The notes below the pieces were generated by a model that did no database searches, had not been told where the DNA came from, and was given only the letters and a program-made list of their open reading frames with translations. 64,000 nucleotides of DNA. Source: an uncultured Alphaproteobacteria bacterium (GTDB lineage Bacteria > Pseudomonadota > Alphaproteobacteria > Reyranellales > Reyranellaceae). The stretch lies in the NCBI GenBank assembly GCA_963809025.1, contig CAWEIE010000046.1:17873-81872 (forward strand). The letters are read 5' to 3'. Both the position numbers and the translations under genes were made by a program. This document shows, piece by piece, positions 1 through 8,176 of the stretch (positions within the stretch are counted from its first letter, which is position 1; each line of letters opens with the position of its first letter).

Positions 1-253
1 ACACCATGACCGACACTTCCGGCACGTCGCCACTGTGCTTGTAGCGCAGCAACTGGGTGCGCGGGGTGCCGAAGGCCTTGGCGAAGGCAAGCGTCTGCGA
101 CGGCGTCATGCGCTCGCCAGGAACCACGACCAGCAGGTGCTCGGCCAGGGCGCGGTTCAGCAGGGCTGCCGTTTCGGAATCGCCGGCGCGGCTGCGATCG
201 AGTCCCTCGATGCGCGCCCCGAGCGGACCCTGGCAAGGAACGACTTCAGGCAT
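1..253 (-). CDS. TauD/TfdA family Fe(II)/2-oxoglutarate dioxygenase, N-terminal part (runs off window start)
   Basis: Manual translation from ATG 253: MPEVVPCQGPLGARIEGLD...LNRALAEHLLVVVPGERMTPSQTLAFAKAFG, resembling the TauD N-terminus; not in ORF track. Confidence 0.7.
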   Translation of the reverse strand, partial: MPEVVPCQGPLGARIEGLDRSRAGDSETAALLNRALAEHLLVVVPGERMTPSQTLAFAKAFGTPRTQLLRYKHSGDVPEVSVMV

Positions 254-263
254 GCTGCAAAGC

Positions 264-773
264 TTAGCGCGACGAGGCGCCAAAGACCAATTCGCGCATC
301 CAAAGCCGCACGCGCAGGATCAATGCCGTCGCCCGCTGCCAGGCCGGCAGGGCGCGCACGAAGGCGTAGAGCCGGTCGCGCCAGTCGAACAGCCAGGTCT
401 CGGCGCGGAGGTACCACGCCATCTTCACCAGAGTTGGTCGGAGCACCTGATAAAGGCGCGCCACGAAGGCCGTTGCCAGCATCTTGCCAATGACAACACT
501 GGCGAGCGAAAGCCCGTAACGATGATGCAAGGCAAACCAGACAGCGGCAAGTTTGATCGGAACGACCAGCAGCGAGGGCGCAACAAAGACCAGCAGGGCC
601 CACCACGGCGGCAGGCCGCGAAGCCACGTCTCCAGGCGTGCCACGGGCGGCCATTTGGCGATCGCTGCCATGGCGAGCCCGAGATAGTGCAGCAGCGTCT
701 CCTCGATGAAGACGATCGCCGCCGCAATCGGCACGAACAGCAGTTCCAGGGCGTATTTGAGATGGCGTTTCAC
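264..773 (-). CDS. Hypothetical membrane protein
   Basis: C-terminal part of ORF 264..1613; hydrophobic helices (LLFVPIAAAIVF, WWALLVFVAPSLLVVP); GTG start at 773 assumed. Confidence 0.65.
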   Translation of the reverse strand: MKRHLKYALELLFVPIAAAIVFIEETLLHYLGLAMAAIAKWPPVARLETWLRGLPPWWALLVFVAPSLLVVPIKLAAVWFALHHRYGLSLASVVIGKMLATAFVARLYQVLRPTLVKMAWYLRAETWLFDWRDRLYAFVRALPAWQRATALILRVRLWMRELVFGASSR

Positions 774-821
774 GATAGTGACAACTAAAGCTGCAATCCT
801 GGCATTTGGGTGACCACTACC

Positions 822-1871
822 ATGCTCCTCCGCCGCACTCTTGCCCAGCTCATGGCCGCCGCCGCGCTGCTGCCCGCCGGCCTCTCCGCCCAGGCCCGCC
901 GCCCGCTGACGCGCATCGCCTTCGGCTCGTGCGCCGAGCAGGCCGATTCGCAGCCGATCTGGGACGCCATTCTCGCCTACAAGCCCGAGCTTTTCATCTT
1001 CGCCGGCGACAACGTCTATGGCGATTTCAACACCGCCGACGCCGGTCCCCTGCGCAAGGCCTACGCCACGGCCGATGCCATCGCGGGCTACAACAAGCTG
1101 CGCGACAGCGTGAGCCACCTCGCGGTATGGGACGATCACGACTACGGCCTCAACGACGGCGGCGGCGACTTTCCCTACAAGGCGGTGTCGAAGGACCTGT
1201 TCCTTGATTTCTGGAAGGTGCCGCCAAGCGACGTACGGCGCACGCGCGAGGGCATCTACGATTCGCGCATCATCGGCCCGCCCGGCATGCGCGTTCAGAT
1301 CATCCTGCTCGACGTGCGCTGGTTCCGCTCGCCGCTCAAGCTCACAGACCAGCGCGGCGCGCCGGGCAAGGAACGCTACCTGCCCGATCCCGATCCGGCC
1401 AAGACCATGCTGGGCGCCACGCAATGGGCGTGGCTCGCCGGCGAACTGCGCAAGCCTGCCGAGCTGCGCCTCCTGGTGTCGAGCATCCAGGTCCTGGCGG
1501 AAGGTCATGGCTGGGAGCGCTGGGGCAACTTCCCGCTCGAGCGCCAGAAGCTTCTGGACACGATCCGTGACTCGCGCGCCAAGGGCGTCGTGCTGCTGTC
1601 GGGCGATCGCCATATCGGCGCGCTCTATCGCGAAGCAGCGGCCGACATGCCGCCGCTCTACGAGGCCACGTCGAGCGGCATCAACAAGGCGTTCTCCGCG
1701 GCGAAGGAACCCGGGCCCAATCGCCTCGGCGCGCTCTACGCGGCACCGAACTTCGGCGTCGTCGACGTCGACTGGTGGGCGCGCAAGGTGACGCTGGCGC
1801 TGCGCGACGAGGCCGGCACGCCACAGCGCTCCGTCGACGTCACCTTCGATGAACTGCAGCTTGCCAGGTGA
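822..1871 (+). CDS. phoD: Alkaline phosphatase D family protein with probable Tat-type signal
   Basis: RIAFGSC, GDNVYGD, WDDHDYG, LLDVRWFR, LSGDRH motifs; N-terminal LRRTL plus hydrophobic stretch. Confidence 0.9.
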   Translation: MLLRRTLAQLMAAAALLPAGLSAQARRPLTRIAFGSCAEQADSQPIWDAILAYKPELFIFAGDNVYGDFNTADAGPLRKAYATADAIAGYNKLRDSVSHLAVWDDHDYGLNDGGGDFPYKAVSKDLFLDFWKVPPSDVRRTREGIYDSRIIGPPGMRVQIILLDVRWFRSPLKLTDQRGAPGKERYLPDPDPAKTMLGATQWAWLAGELRKPAELRLLVSSIQVLAEGHGWERWGNFPLERQKLLDTIRDSRAKGVVLLSGDRHIGALYREAAADMPPLYEATSSGINKAFSAAKEPGPNRLGALYAAPNFGVVDVDWWARKVTLALRDEAGTPQRSVDVTFDELQLAR

Positions 1872-1877
1872 TCAGAT

Positions 1878-1967
1878 TCTTCCGGACCGCGCGCTGGGTC
1901 GCGTCTGACGCGACCTCCCTGCCCGCTCATGAATCATGAGCGAGCTGGAAGCTCGCGGTCCGGAAGA
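1878..1967. repeat. Intergenic palindromic REP-like element, family B
   Basis: Arms TCTTCCGGACCGCG / CGCGGTCCGGAAGA with inner hairpin GCTCATGAATCATGAGC; between convergent genes. Confidence 0.7.
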
Positions 1968-1978
1968 CGATGAGAGCC

Positions 1979-2962
1979 CTACTCCGGCTTGACGCCGGCC
2001 GCTCGCACCGCCGGCACCCACTTGTCGATTGAGGCCTTGAGCTGGGCGGCCAGCGCTTCGGGCGTCGCTTCCTGCGCCGTCGGCAGATCGACGGCGAGCT
2101 CGGTGAGGCGCACCTTGATCTTCTCGTCGGACAACGTCGTGATCAGCGCCTGGTTGAGCTTGGCGACGACGTCCTTCGACGTGCCCTTGGGCGCGAAGAA
2201 GCCGTTCCAGATCGTGACCTCGTAGCCCTTGAGGCCAGACTCGTCGATGGTCGGCACGTCGGGCAGCTGCGACAGGCGCTTGGTCGTCGACACGCCCAGC
2301 GCCTTGATGTTCCCGCTCTTGATCTGCGGCAGCACGTTCACCGCCTGGTCGACCATGTAGTCGAACTGGCCGGACACCAGATCGTTCAGCGCCGGACCGG
2401 TTCCCTTGTAGGGGATCTCCAGCACGTCGACCTTCATCATGCTGTTCAGCATCAGGCCGCCGAGATGCGAGGCGGCACCAATGCCGGCCATGCCGTACTG
2501 CACCTTCTTCTCGTTGGCCTTCACGTAGGCCTGGAACTCCTGGAAGGTCTTGGCCGGCAGGTCCTTCTTGGCGACCAGCACCATCGGGTTGGTGCCGCCG
2601 AGCCCGACCGGCTCGAAGTCCTTCTGGCTGTCATAGGGCAGCGACTTGTAGAGCGCGATGTTGACGGCGAGCGTGCCCATGTGGGTGAAGGCGAGCGTGT
2701 AGCCGTCGGGGGCGGCGCGCGCGACCTTGGCGACGCCGATCGTGCCGCCGGCGCCGCCGACATTCTCCACGATCAACTGCTGGCCCAGCGCCTCGCCCAT
2801 GCGCTGGCAGAGGATACGCGCCAGGGCATCGGTCGGACCGCCGGCTGCGAACGGCACAACCACCGTGATAGGTTTGCTCGGATAGGCCTGGGCCATCGCC
2901 CCCACGGGCATGGCGGCAAGGCCGCAAGCCGCGACTGCGGCAAGCAATGTGCGTCGTTGCAT
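1979..2962 (-). CDS. Tripartite tricarboxylate transporter substrate-binding protein (Bug/TctC family)
   Basis: YPSKPITVVVPFAAGGPTD, VENVGGAGG, PYKGTGPALNDL; signal peptide. Confidence 0.92.
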   Translation of the reverse strand: MQRRTLLAAVAACGLAAMPVGAMAQAYPSKPITVVVPFAAGGPTDALARILCQRMGEALGQQLIVENVGGAGGTIGVAKVARAAPDGYTLAFTHMGTLAVNIALYKSLPYDSQKDFEPVGLGGTNPMVLVAKKDLPAKTFQEFQAYVKANEKKVQYGMAGIGAASHLGGLMLNSMMKVDVLEIPYKGTGPALNDLVSGQFDYMVDQAVNVLPQIKSGNIKALGVSTTKRLSQLPDVPTIDESGLKGYEVTIWNGFFAPKGTSKDVVAKLNQALITTLSDEKIKVRLTELAVDLPTAQEATPEALAAQLKASIDKWVPAVRAAGVKPE

Positions 2963-2998
2963 CGTAACCTCCCTGAAACACGACAACTGGGAGGCGAG

Positions 2999-4066
2999 CT
3001 ACACCGTCTTCACAAGCTCCGCAATGGCCGCACCGACGGTCTTGGTGTCGCCGTTGCCGCCGAGGTCGCGGGTGCGCGGACCACCTTCGACCAGCGAGGC
3101 GGCAATTGCCCGTTCGATGGCCTCGGCCGCCTCGGGATAGCCGAGATGTCGCACCATCATGGCGCCCGACCAGATCTGCCCGATCGGGTTGGCGATCCAC
3201 TTGCCGGCGATGTCCGGCGCCGAGCCGTGCACCGGCTCGAACATCGAGGGGTACTTGCGCTCGGGGTTGATGTTGCCCGACGGCGCCACGCCGATCGAAC
3301 CGGTCAGCGCCGGGCCGAGGTCCGACAGGATGTCGCCGAACAGGTTGGAGCCGACCACGACGTCGAACCAGTCCGGGTTGCGCACGAAGTGCGCCGTCAG
3401 GATATCGATGTGGTACTGGTCGGCCTTGATGTCGGGATAGTTCTTCTTCATCTCGGCGAAGCGCTCGTCCCAGAACGGCATCGTGTGGATGATGCCGTTG
3501 GACTTGGTGGCCGAGGTCACGTGCTTCTTCTTGCCCTTGCTCGCGAACTCGAAGGCGAACTTCAGCACGCGGTCGACGCCCTTGCGCGTGAAGATCGCCT
3601 CCTGGATGGCGAACTCCATGTCGGTGCCCTGGAACATGCGGCCGCCGATCTGGCTGTACTCGCCCTCGGTGTTCTCGCGCACCACCCAGAAATCGATCTC
3701 GCCCGGCTTGCGGTTGGCGAGCGGCGACGGCACGCCCTCGAACAGGCGGACGGGCCTGAGGTTCACGTACTCGTCGAAGTCGCGGCGGATCGGGATCAGC
3801 AGGCCCCACAGCGAAACGTGGTCGGGCACGCCCGGCCAGCCGACCGCACCGAGAAAGATGCTCTCGAACGCCTTGAGCTGCTCCATGCCGTCCTCCGGCA
3901 TCATCTTGCCGGTCTGCAGCAGGCGATCGCACGACCAGTCGAAGTCGGTGAACTCGAGCTGAAAGTTGAAGCGCCGCGCCGCGGCTTCGAGCACGCGCAC
4001 GCCCTCGGGCAGAACCTCCTTGCCGATTCCGTCCCCCGGAATGAGCGCGATCTTATGCTTGGCCAT
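2999..4066 (-). CDS. Tartrate dehydrogenase / D-malate dehydrogenase (decarboxylating)
   Basis: IPGDGIGKEV, VPDHVSLWGLLIPIRR, RENTEGEY, SNLFGDILSD, FEPVHGSAPDIAG. Confidence 0.9.
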   Translation of the reverse strand: MAKHKIALIPGDGIGKEVLPEGVRVLEAAARRFNFQLEFTDFDWSCDRLLQTGKMMPEDGMEQLKAFESIFLGAVGWPGVPDHVSLWGLLIPIRRDFDEYVNLRPVRLFEGVPSPLANRKPGEIDFWVVRENTEGEYSQIGGRMFQGTDMEFAIQEAIFTRKGVDRVLKFAFEFASKGKKKHVTSATKSNGIIHTMPFWDERFAEMKKNYPDIKADQYHIDILTAHFVRNPDWFDVVVGSNLFGDILSDLGPALTGSIGVAPSGNINPERKYPSMFEPVHGSAPDIAGKWIANPIGQIWSGAMMVRHLGYPEAAEAIERAIAASLVEGGPRTRDLGGNGDTKTVGAAIAELVKTV

Positions 4067-4134
4067 GCTTTCCTCCTGCGGCGCCGAACGACGTATACTG
4101 GACGGGTGTTTTGGAGCAAGCCCAAGGGCCAACC

Positions 4135-5820
4135 ATGACCTATGACCTCAAGATCACGGGCGGCACGATCGTCGACGGCTCGGGCAAGTCCGGCTTCGCG
4201 GGCGACCTCGGCATCAAGGACGGCAAGGTGGTGGCCCTGGGCAAGGCCGAAGGCGCCGCCGACACGACCATCGATGCCACAGGCAAGATCGTCTCGCCGG
4301 GCTTCGTCGACGTGCACACCCACTACGATGCCCAGATCCTCTGGGACCGCATGCTCAGCATCTCGCCCTGGCATGGTGTCACCACGACGGTGATCGGCAA
4401 TTGCGGCTTCGGCGTCGCGCCCACCAAGGCGATCCACCGCAAGCTGATCATGCAGACGCTCGAGAAGGTCGAGGGCATGAGCCTCGACGCTCTCGAGGCG
4501 GGCCTCGGCACGAACTGGCCGTTCGAGACCTTCCCGCAATATCTCGATGCGCTGGAGAAGCGCGGCTCGGCGATCAATGTCGCGGCCCTGTTCGGCCACA
4601 CGCCGCTGCGCCTCTACGTCATGGGCGAGGAATCGACGGAGCGCGCGGCCACCGCCGACGAGATCGCGGCGATGAAGAAGCTGATGCGCGAGGCGATGGA
4701 CGCCGGCGCCATCGGCTTCGGTACCTCGGTGTCGGTGAGCCACAACGGCTATGCCGGCAAGCCAGTGCCCAGCCGCCAGGCGACTGTCGGGGAGATGGAC
4801 GCCCTGGTCTCGGTCATGGGCGAGCTGAAGCGCGGTCTGATGCAGATCACGATCGGCCGTGACTTCTCCACACGGCACATGGCCGAGGTCAGCCGCAAGT
4901 ACAACGTGCCGGTCACCTGGACCGCCCTCCTCTCCTACCTCTACGGGCCGGGCGGCCATCGCAAGCAGCTCGACCTCGCCGCCGAGCAGCGCAAGTCGGG
5001 CGCGCTGGTGATTCCGCAGGTGAGCTGCCGGCCGCTCAACTTCGAGTTCACTTTCGCCGAGCCGTTCATCTTCGACGTCATGAAGTTCATGAACGAGCTC
5101 GCCGTCGAGGAGGCCAAGGCTCCGGGCACGCGCCGCCGCGCCTATGCCGATCCGGCGTGGCGCGATAAGCTGCGCAGCGAGCTCACACCGTTGTTCCGCA
5201 ACTGGTGGGACCGCGTGATCATCGCCTGGGCACCGTCGGCGCGCGAGCTCGAGGAGCAGCCGCTCGCCCAAGCGGCCACGAGGCTCGGAAAGGATCCGGT
5301 CGATCTCGCGCTGGACCTGGCGCTCGCCACCGACCTACAGGCGCGCTTCCGCATGGCCGTGATGAACTTCGACGAGAAGGAAGTGGCCGAGCTGATCACC
5401 GATCCCAACACGATCATCGCGCTGTCCGACGCCGGTGCCCATGCCAGCCAGCTCTGCGATGCCTGCTATTCGACCTACCTGCTCGGCCACTGGGTCCGCG
5501 AACAAAAGACCTTCACCATCGAGCAGGCCGTCCACAACCTCACGCAGCGGCCCGCCGAGATGTTCGGCATCACCGATCGCGGTCTGCTGGCCCAAGGCCG
5601 TCCGGCCGACGTGGTGGTGTTCGATCCGAAGACGGTCGGACCCGGCCCGCTGAAACGCGTCTATGATCTGCCCGCCGGCGCCGATCGCCTGGTGTCGGAG
5701 GCAAGCGGCATCGACGCCGTGATCGTCAACGGCAAGCTCATCCGCCGCGACGGCAAGGATGCCGTCGCGGCGGACGACAAGCTGCCGGGGCGCCTGCTGC
5801 GTCACGGCCGCGCTGCATAG
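4135..5820 (+). CDS. N-acyl-D-amino-acid deacylase-like amidohydrolase
   Basis: PGFVDVHTHYD, HGVTTTVIGNCG, SDAGAH, GRPADVVVFDP. Confidence 0.85.
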   Translation: MTYDLKITGGTIVDGSGKSGFAGDLGIKDGKVVALGKAEGAADTTIDATGKIVSPGFVDVHTHYDAQILWDRMLSISPWHGVTTTVIGNCGFGVAPTKAIHRKLIMQTLEKVEGMSLDALEAGLGTNWPFETFPQYLDALEKRGSAINVAALFGHTPLRLYVMGEESTERAATADEIAAMKKLMREAMDAGAIGFGTSVSVSHNGYAGKPVPSRQATVGEMDALVSVMGELKRGLMQITIGRDFSTRHMAEVSRKYNVPVTWTALLSYLYGPGGHRKQLDLAAEQRKSGALVIPQVSCRPLNFEFTFAEPFIFDVMKFMNELAVEEAKAPGTRRRAYADPAWRDKLRSELTPLFRNWWDRVIIAWAPSARELEEQPLAQAATRLGKDPVDLALDLALATDLQARFRMAVMNFDEKEVAELITDPNTIIALSDAGAHASQLCDACYSTYLLGHWVREQKTFTIEQAVHNLTQRPAEMFGITDRGLLAQGRPADVVVFDPKTVGPGPLKRVYDLPAGADRLVSEASGIDAVIVNGKLIRRDGKDAVAADDKLPGRLLRHGRAA

Positions 5821-5843
5821 TCATCTGAAACGGGAGAAAGACC

Positions 5844-6146
5844 ATGATCCACGTCGTCGCCATCATCACCGCCAAGCCCGGCAAGCGGGATGAGATCCTC
5901 AAGAACTTCAAGGCCAACGTGCCGGCGGTGCACGCCGAGAAGGGCTGCATCGAGTACGGCGCCACGATCGACACTGACGGCGGCCCGTTCGCAAAGTTCG
6001 GCGCCGACACCTTCGTCGTCATCGAGAAGTGGGACAGCATGGACGACCTCAAGGCCCACGGCGCCTCGGCGCACATGAAGGCCTACGGCGAAAAGAACAA
6101 GGATCTCGTGGCCAACCGCGCCGTCCACGTCCTGCAGAACGCGTGA
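5844..6146 (+). CDS. Antibiotic biosynthesis monooxygenase (ABM) / YgiN-like protein
   Basis: 100 aa; AEKGCIEY, FVVIEKWDS..LKAH..SAHM; RBS GGAGA. Confidence 0.85.
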   Translation: MIHVVAIITAKPGKRDEILKNFKANVPAVHAEKGCIEYGATIDTDGGPFAKFGADTFVVIEKWDSMDDLKAHGASAHMKAYGEKNKDLVANRAVHVLQNA

Positions 6147-6152
6147 CCGCAC

Positions 6153-6212
6153 GGGAGCGCGGGCCTCTGGCCCGCTTCATGATTCATGAGCGGGCCAGAG
6201 ACCCGCGCTCCC
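6153..6212. repeat. Palindromic REP-like element, family B; may act as bidirectional terminator
   Basis: GGGAGCGCGGGCCTCTGGCCCGCT...AGCGGGCCAGAGACCCGCGCTCCC long hairpin between convergent genes. Confidence 0.75.
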
Positions 6213-6216
6213 ATGA

Positions 6217-6876
6217 CTAAGTACGCAGGATGCCCTTCAGATGGATCTCGAGCATGCCCTTGATCAGCAGCTCGCGGTCGGACCACGGGAACTCGGGCTT
6301 CAGGATGAAGGCCGAGACCAGCCCATGCAGGCCCATCCAGCAGAGCTCGCCGCACGTGTCCGGCGGGTAGTTGAGCTTGGTACCCGACGCCTCGAGCTCG
6401 ACGAGGATCGCGACCAGGCGCTGGAAGACAAGCGCGCCGCCGATGCCGGGCTTCGTCGGGTCGTCGGTCGGCGCGCGATGGCCGACCTTGCGGAGGGACT
6501 CTGGGATATAAGCGGCCAGGAACACCAGCCGGTATTCGTCGGGGTGGGTCAGCCCGAACCGGACATAGGCCTCGCCAAATCGCCGCACCCGCTCCAGCGG
6601 ATCGGCCACCGTCCTCTCGATCTCGCCGACTGACTCGATCAGATGCGCGAACGTCTGATCGCAAAGCGCCAGCATCAGCGCTTCCTTGTCCTTGAAGTAC
6701 AGGTAGAGCGCAGGCGCTGAAATGCCGACGCGATCGGCGATTCGCCGGATCGTGGTCGAATCGTAGCCCTGCTCCAGGAACAGCTCCTTCGCGGCCTGGA
6801 GGATCTCCTCCCGGCGAGTATGACCCTCGCCGCGGCGCTTGCGGCCGGCCGGCAACACTGTCGAGAACCCTGTCAA
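6217..6876 (-). CDS. TetR/AcrR family transcriptional regulator
   Basis: REEILQAAKELFLEQGYDSTTIRRIADRVGISAPALYLYFKDK HTH; divergent from RND pump. Confidence 0.92.
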   Translation of the reverse strand: MTGFSTVLPAGRKRRGEGHTRREEILQAAKELFLEQGYDSTTIRRIADRVGISAPALYLYFKDKEALMLALCDQTFAHLIESVGEIERTVADPLERVRRFGEAYVRFGLTHPDEYRLVFLAAYIPESLRKVGHRAPTDDPTKPGIGGALVFQRLVAILVELEASGTKLNYPPDTCGELCWMGLHGLVSAFILKPEFPWSDRELLIKGMLEIHLKGILRT

Positions 6877-6904
6877 AAACGATCTCCTTCCACTTGACTC
6901 TTAT

Positions 6905-6970
6905 CTGAACGCCGATAACTTATCAATGTTCAGTTAACGGTGTTCAGGCGGCCTTCTGAACATTGTAAAC
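6905..6970. promoter_or_regulatory. Probable TetR operator array overlapping divergent promoters
   Basis: Four CTGAACRYYGWWAA-like half-sites; inverted pair CTGAACGCCGATAACT (6905) / AGTTAACGGTGTTCAG (6932-6947) matches 14/16. Confidence 0.65.
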
Positions 6971-6989
6971 CTTGGAAGGACGGTTAGCC

Positions 6990-8147
6990 ATGCGTGTTCC
7001 GTACGCCCAGCACCTCGGCAAGGTTCCGTTCAAAGCGGTGGCCATCGTCATTGGCGCGGGCGCCGTGGCCGCTGCCGCCTTCGCCGCCCTCTCCTGGACC
7101 TCAGCCAACGCCTCACGGCCGACCGCAACCGCCGAACCCGTGACCCGCCCGGCCCGGGTGATGGAAATCGCCTACCAGCGTCGCAGCCAGTCGTTGGTCC
7201 TGGCCGGCACCGTCGTGCCGCGAATCGAGACCAATCTCGGCTTCCGCGTGCCCGGCAAGATCGTCGTCCGTTCCGTCGATGTCGGCACCATCGTCAAGCC
7301 CGGCGATCTGATCGCCCGGCTCGATCCCGCCGACCACCGCCTGGCCGTCGACAACGCCCGCGCCGCTCTCGCCTCAGCCGAAGCCGACTACACGCGCGCC
7401 AGGGCCGACCATGAGCGCTATCTCAGCCTGCGTGGCACCGCCGTGTTCACGGTGCAGACGATGGAGCAGCGCCAGTCGCTCGCCGCCACGGCCCAGGCGC
7501 GCGTCGAGCAGGCCAGGAGCCAGCTCTCCTCGGCCGAGAACAACCTCGCCTACACCGAGCTGCGCTCGGACACCGATGGCGTGGTCACCGCCGTGCAGGC
7601 CGAGGTCGGCCAAGTGATGGCGCAGGGCCAGGGCGTGGTGCGCGTGGCGCGCACCGACGAACTCGAGATCGTGGTCGGCGTGCCTGAGCATCGCCTGAAG
7701 ACCGTACGCGAGTCGCGTGCCGCAAGCTTCGAGCTGTGGTCCGATCCCGGCCAGCGCCATCGCGTGCGGCTGCGCGAGCTGTCGCCCAGCGCCGATCCCA
7801 TGACGCGGACCTATCCGGCGCGGTTCAGCATCGCCGAGCCCCCGCCCTTCATCGGGCTTGGCATGACGGCGACGCTGACCTTCGAGCGGCCCGACGCCCA
7901 ATCGGTCGCCGAGGTGCCCCTGTCGGCGATCTTCCAGCGCGGCACGCAGCCCGCCGTCTGGGTGGTCGACAAGGAGAGCGGCACCGTTGCGCTGCGCGCC
8001 GTTACCATCGCGCGCTGGCGCGACGAGACCGCCGCCATCGCCTCGGGCGTCAAGGACGGCGAGCTGATCGCCACTGCCGGCGTCCACAAGCTCGAGGCCG
8101 GCCAAAAGGTGAAGCCCATGCCCGCCCAGATGCAGGCCGCACGCTAA
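6990..8147 (+). CDS. RND efflux periplasmic adaptor (MFP) subunit
   Basis: LGFRVPGKI..VDVG..VKPGDLIARLD, coiled-coil hairpin, DPMTRTY, GVKDGELIATAGV. Confidence 0.92.
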   Translation: MRVPYAQHLGKVPFKAVAIVIGAGAVAAAAFAALSWTSANASRPTATAEPVTRPARVMEIAYQRRSQSLVLAGTVVPRIETNLGFRVPGKIVVRSVDVGTIVKPGDLIARLDPADHRLAVDNARAALASAEADYTRARADHERYLSLRGTAVFTVQTMEQRQSLAATAQARVEQARSQLSSAENNLAYTELRSDTDGVVTAVQAEVGQVMAQGQGVVRVARTDELEIVVGVPEHRLKTVRESRAASFELWSDPGQRHRVRLRELSPSADPMTRTYPARFSIAEPPPFIGLGMTATLTFERPDAQSVAEVPLSAIFQRGTQPAVWVVDKESGTVALRAVTIARWRDETAAIASGVKDGELIATAGVHKLEAGQKVKPMPAQMQAAR

Positions 8148-8176
8148 GCGAAAGACCTGGTCCGGGGAGAGAACTC

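Noticed and set aside
7736-8176. ORF-track N-terminal extensions (RND from 7736, CoxL from 15638, methylase from 35288, RluA from 61486)
   Set aside because: They overlap upstream genes; family homology begins at the downstream starts used here
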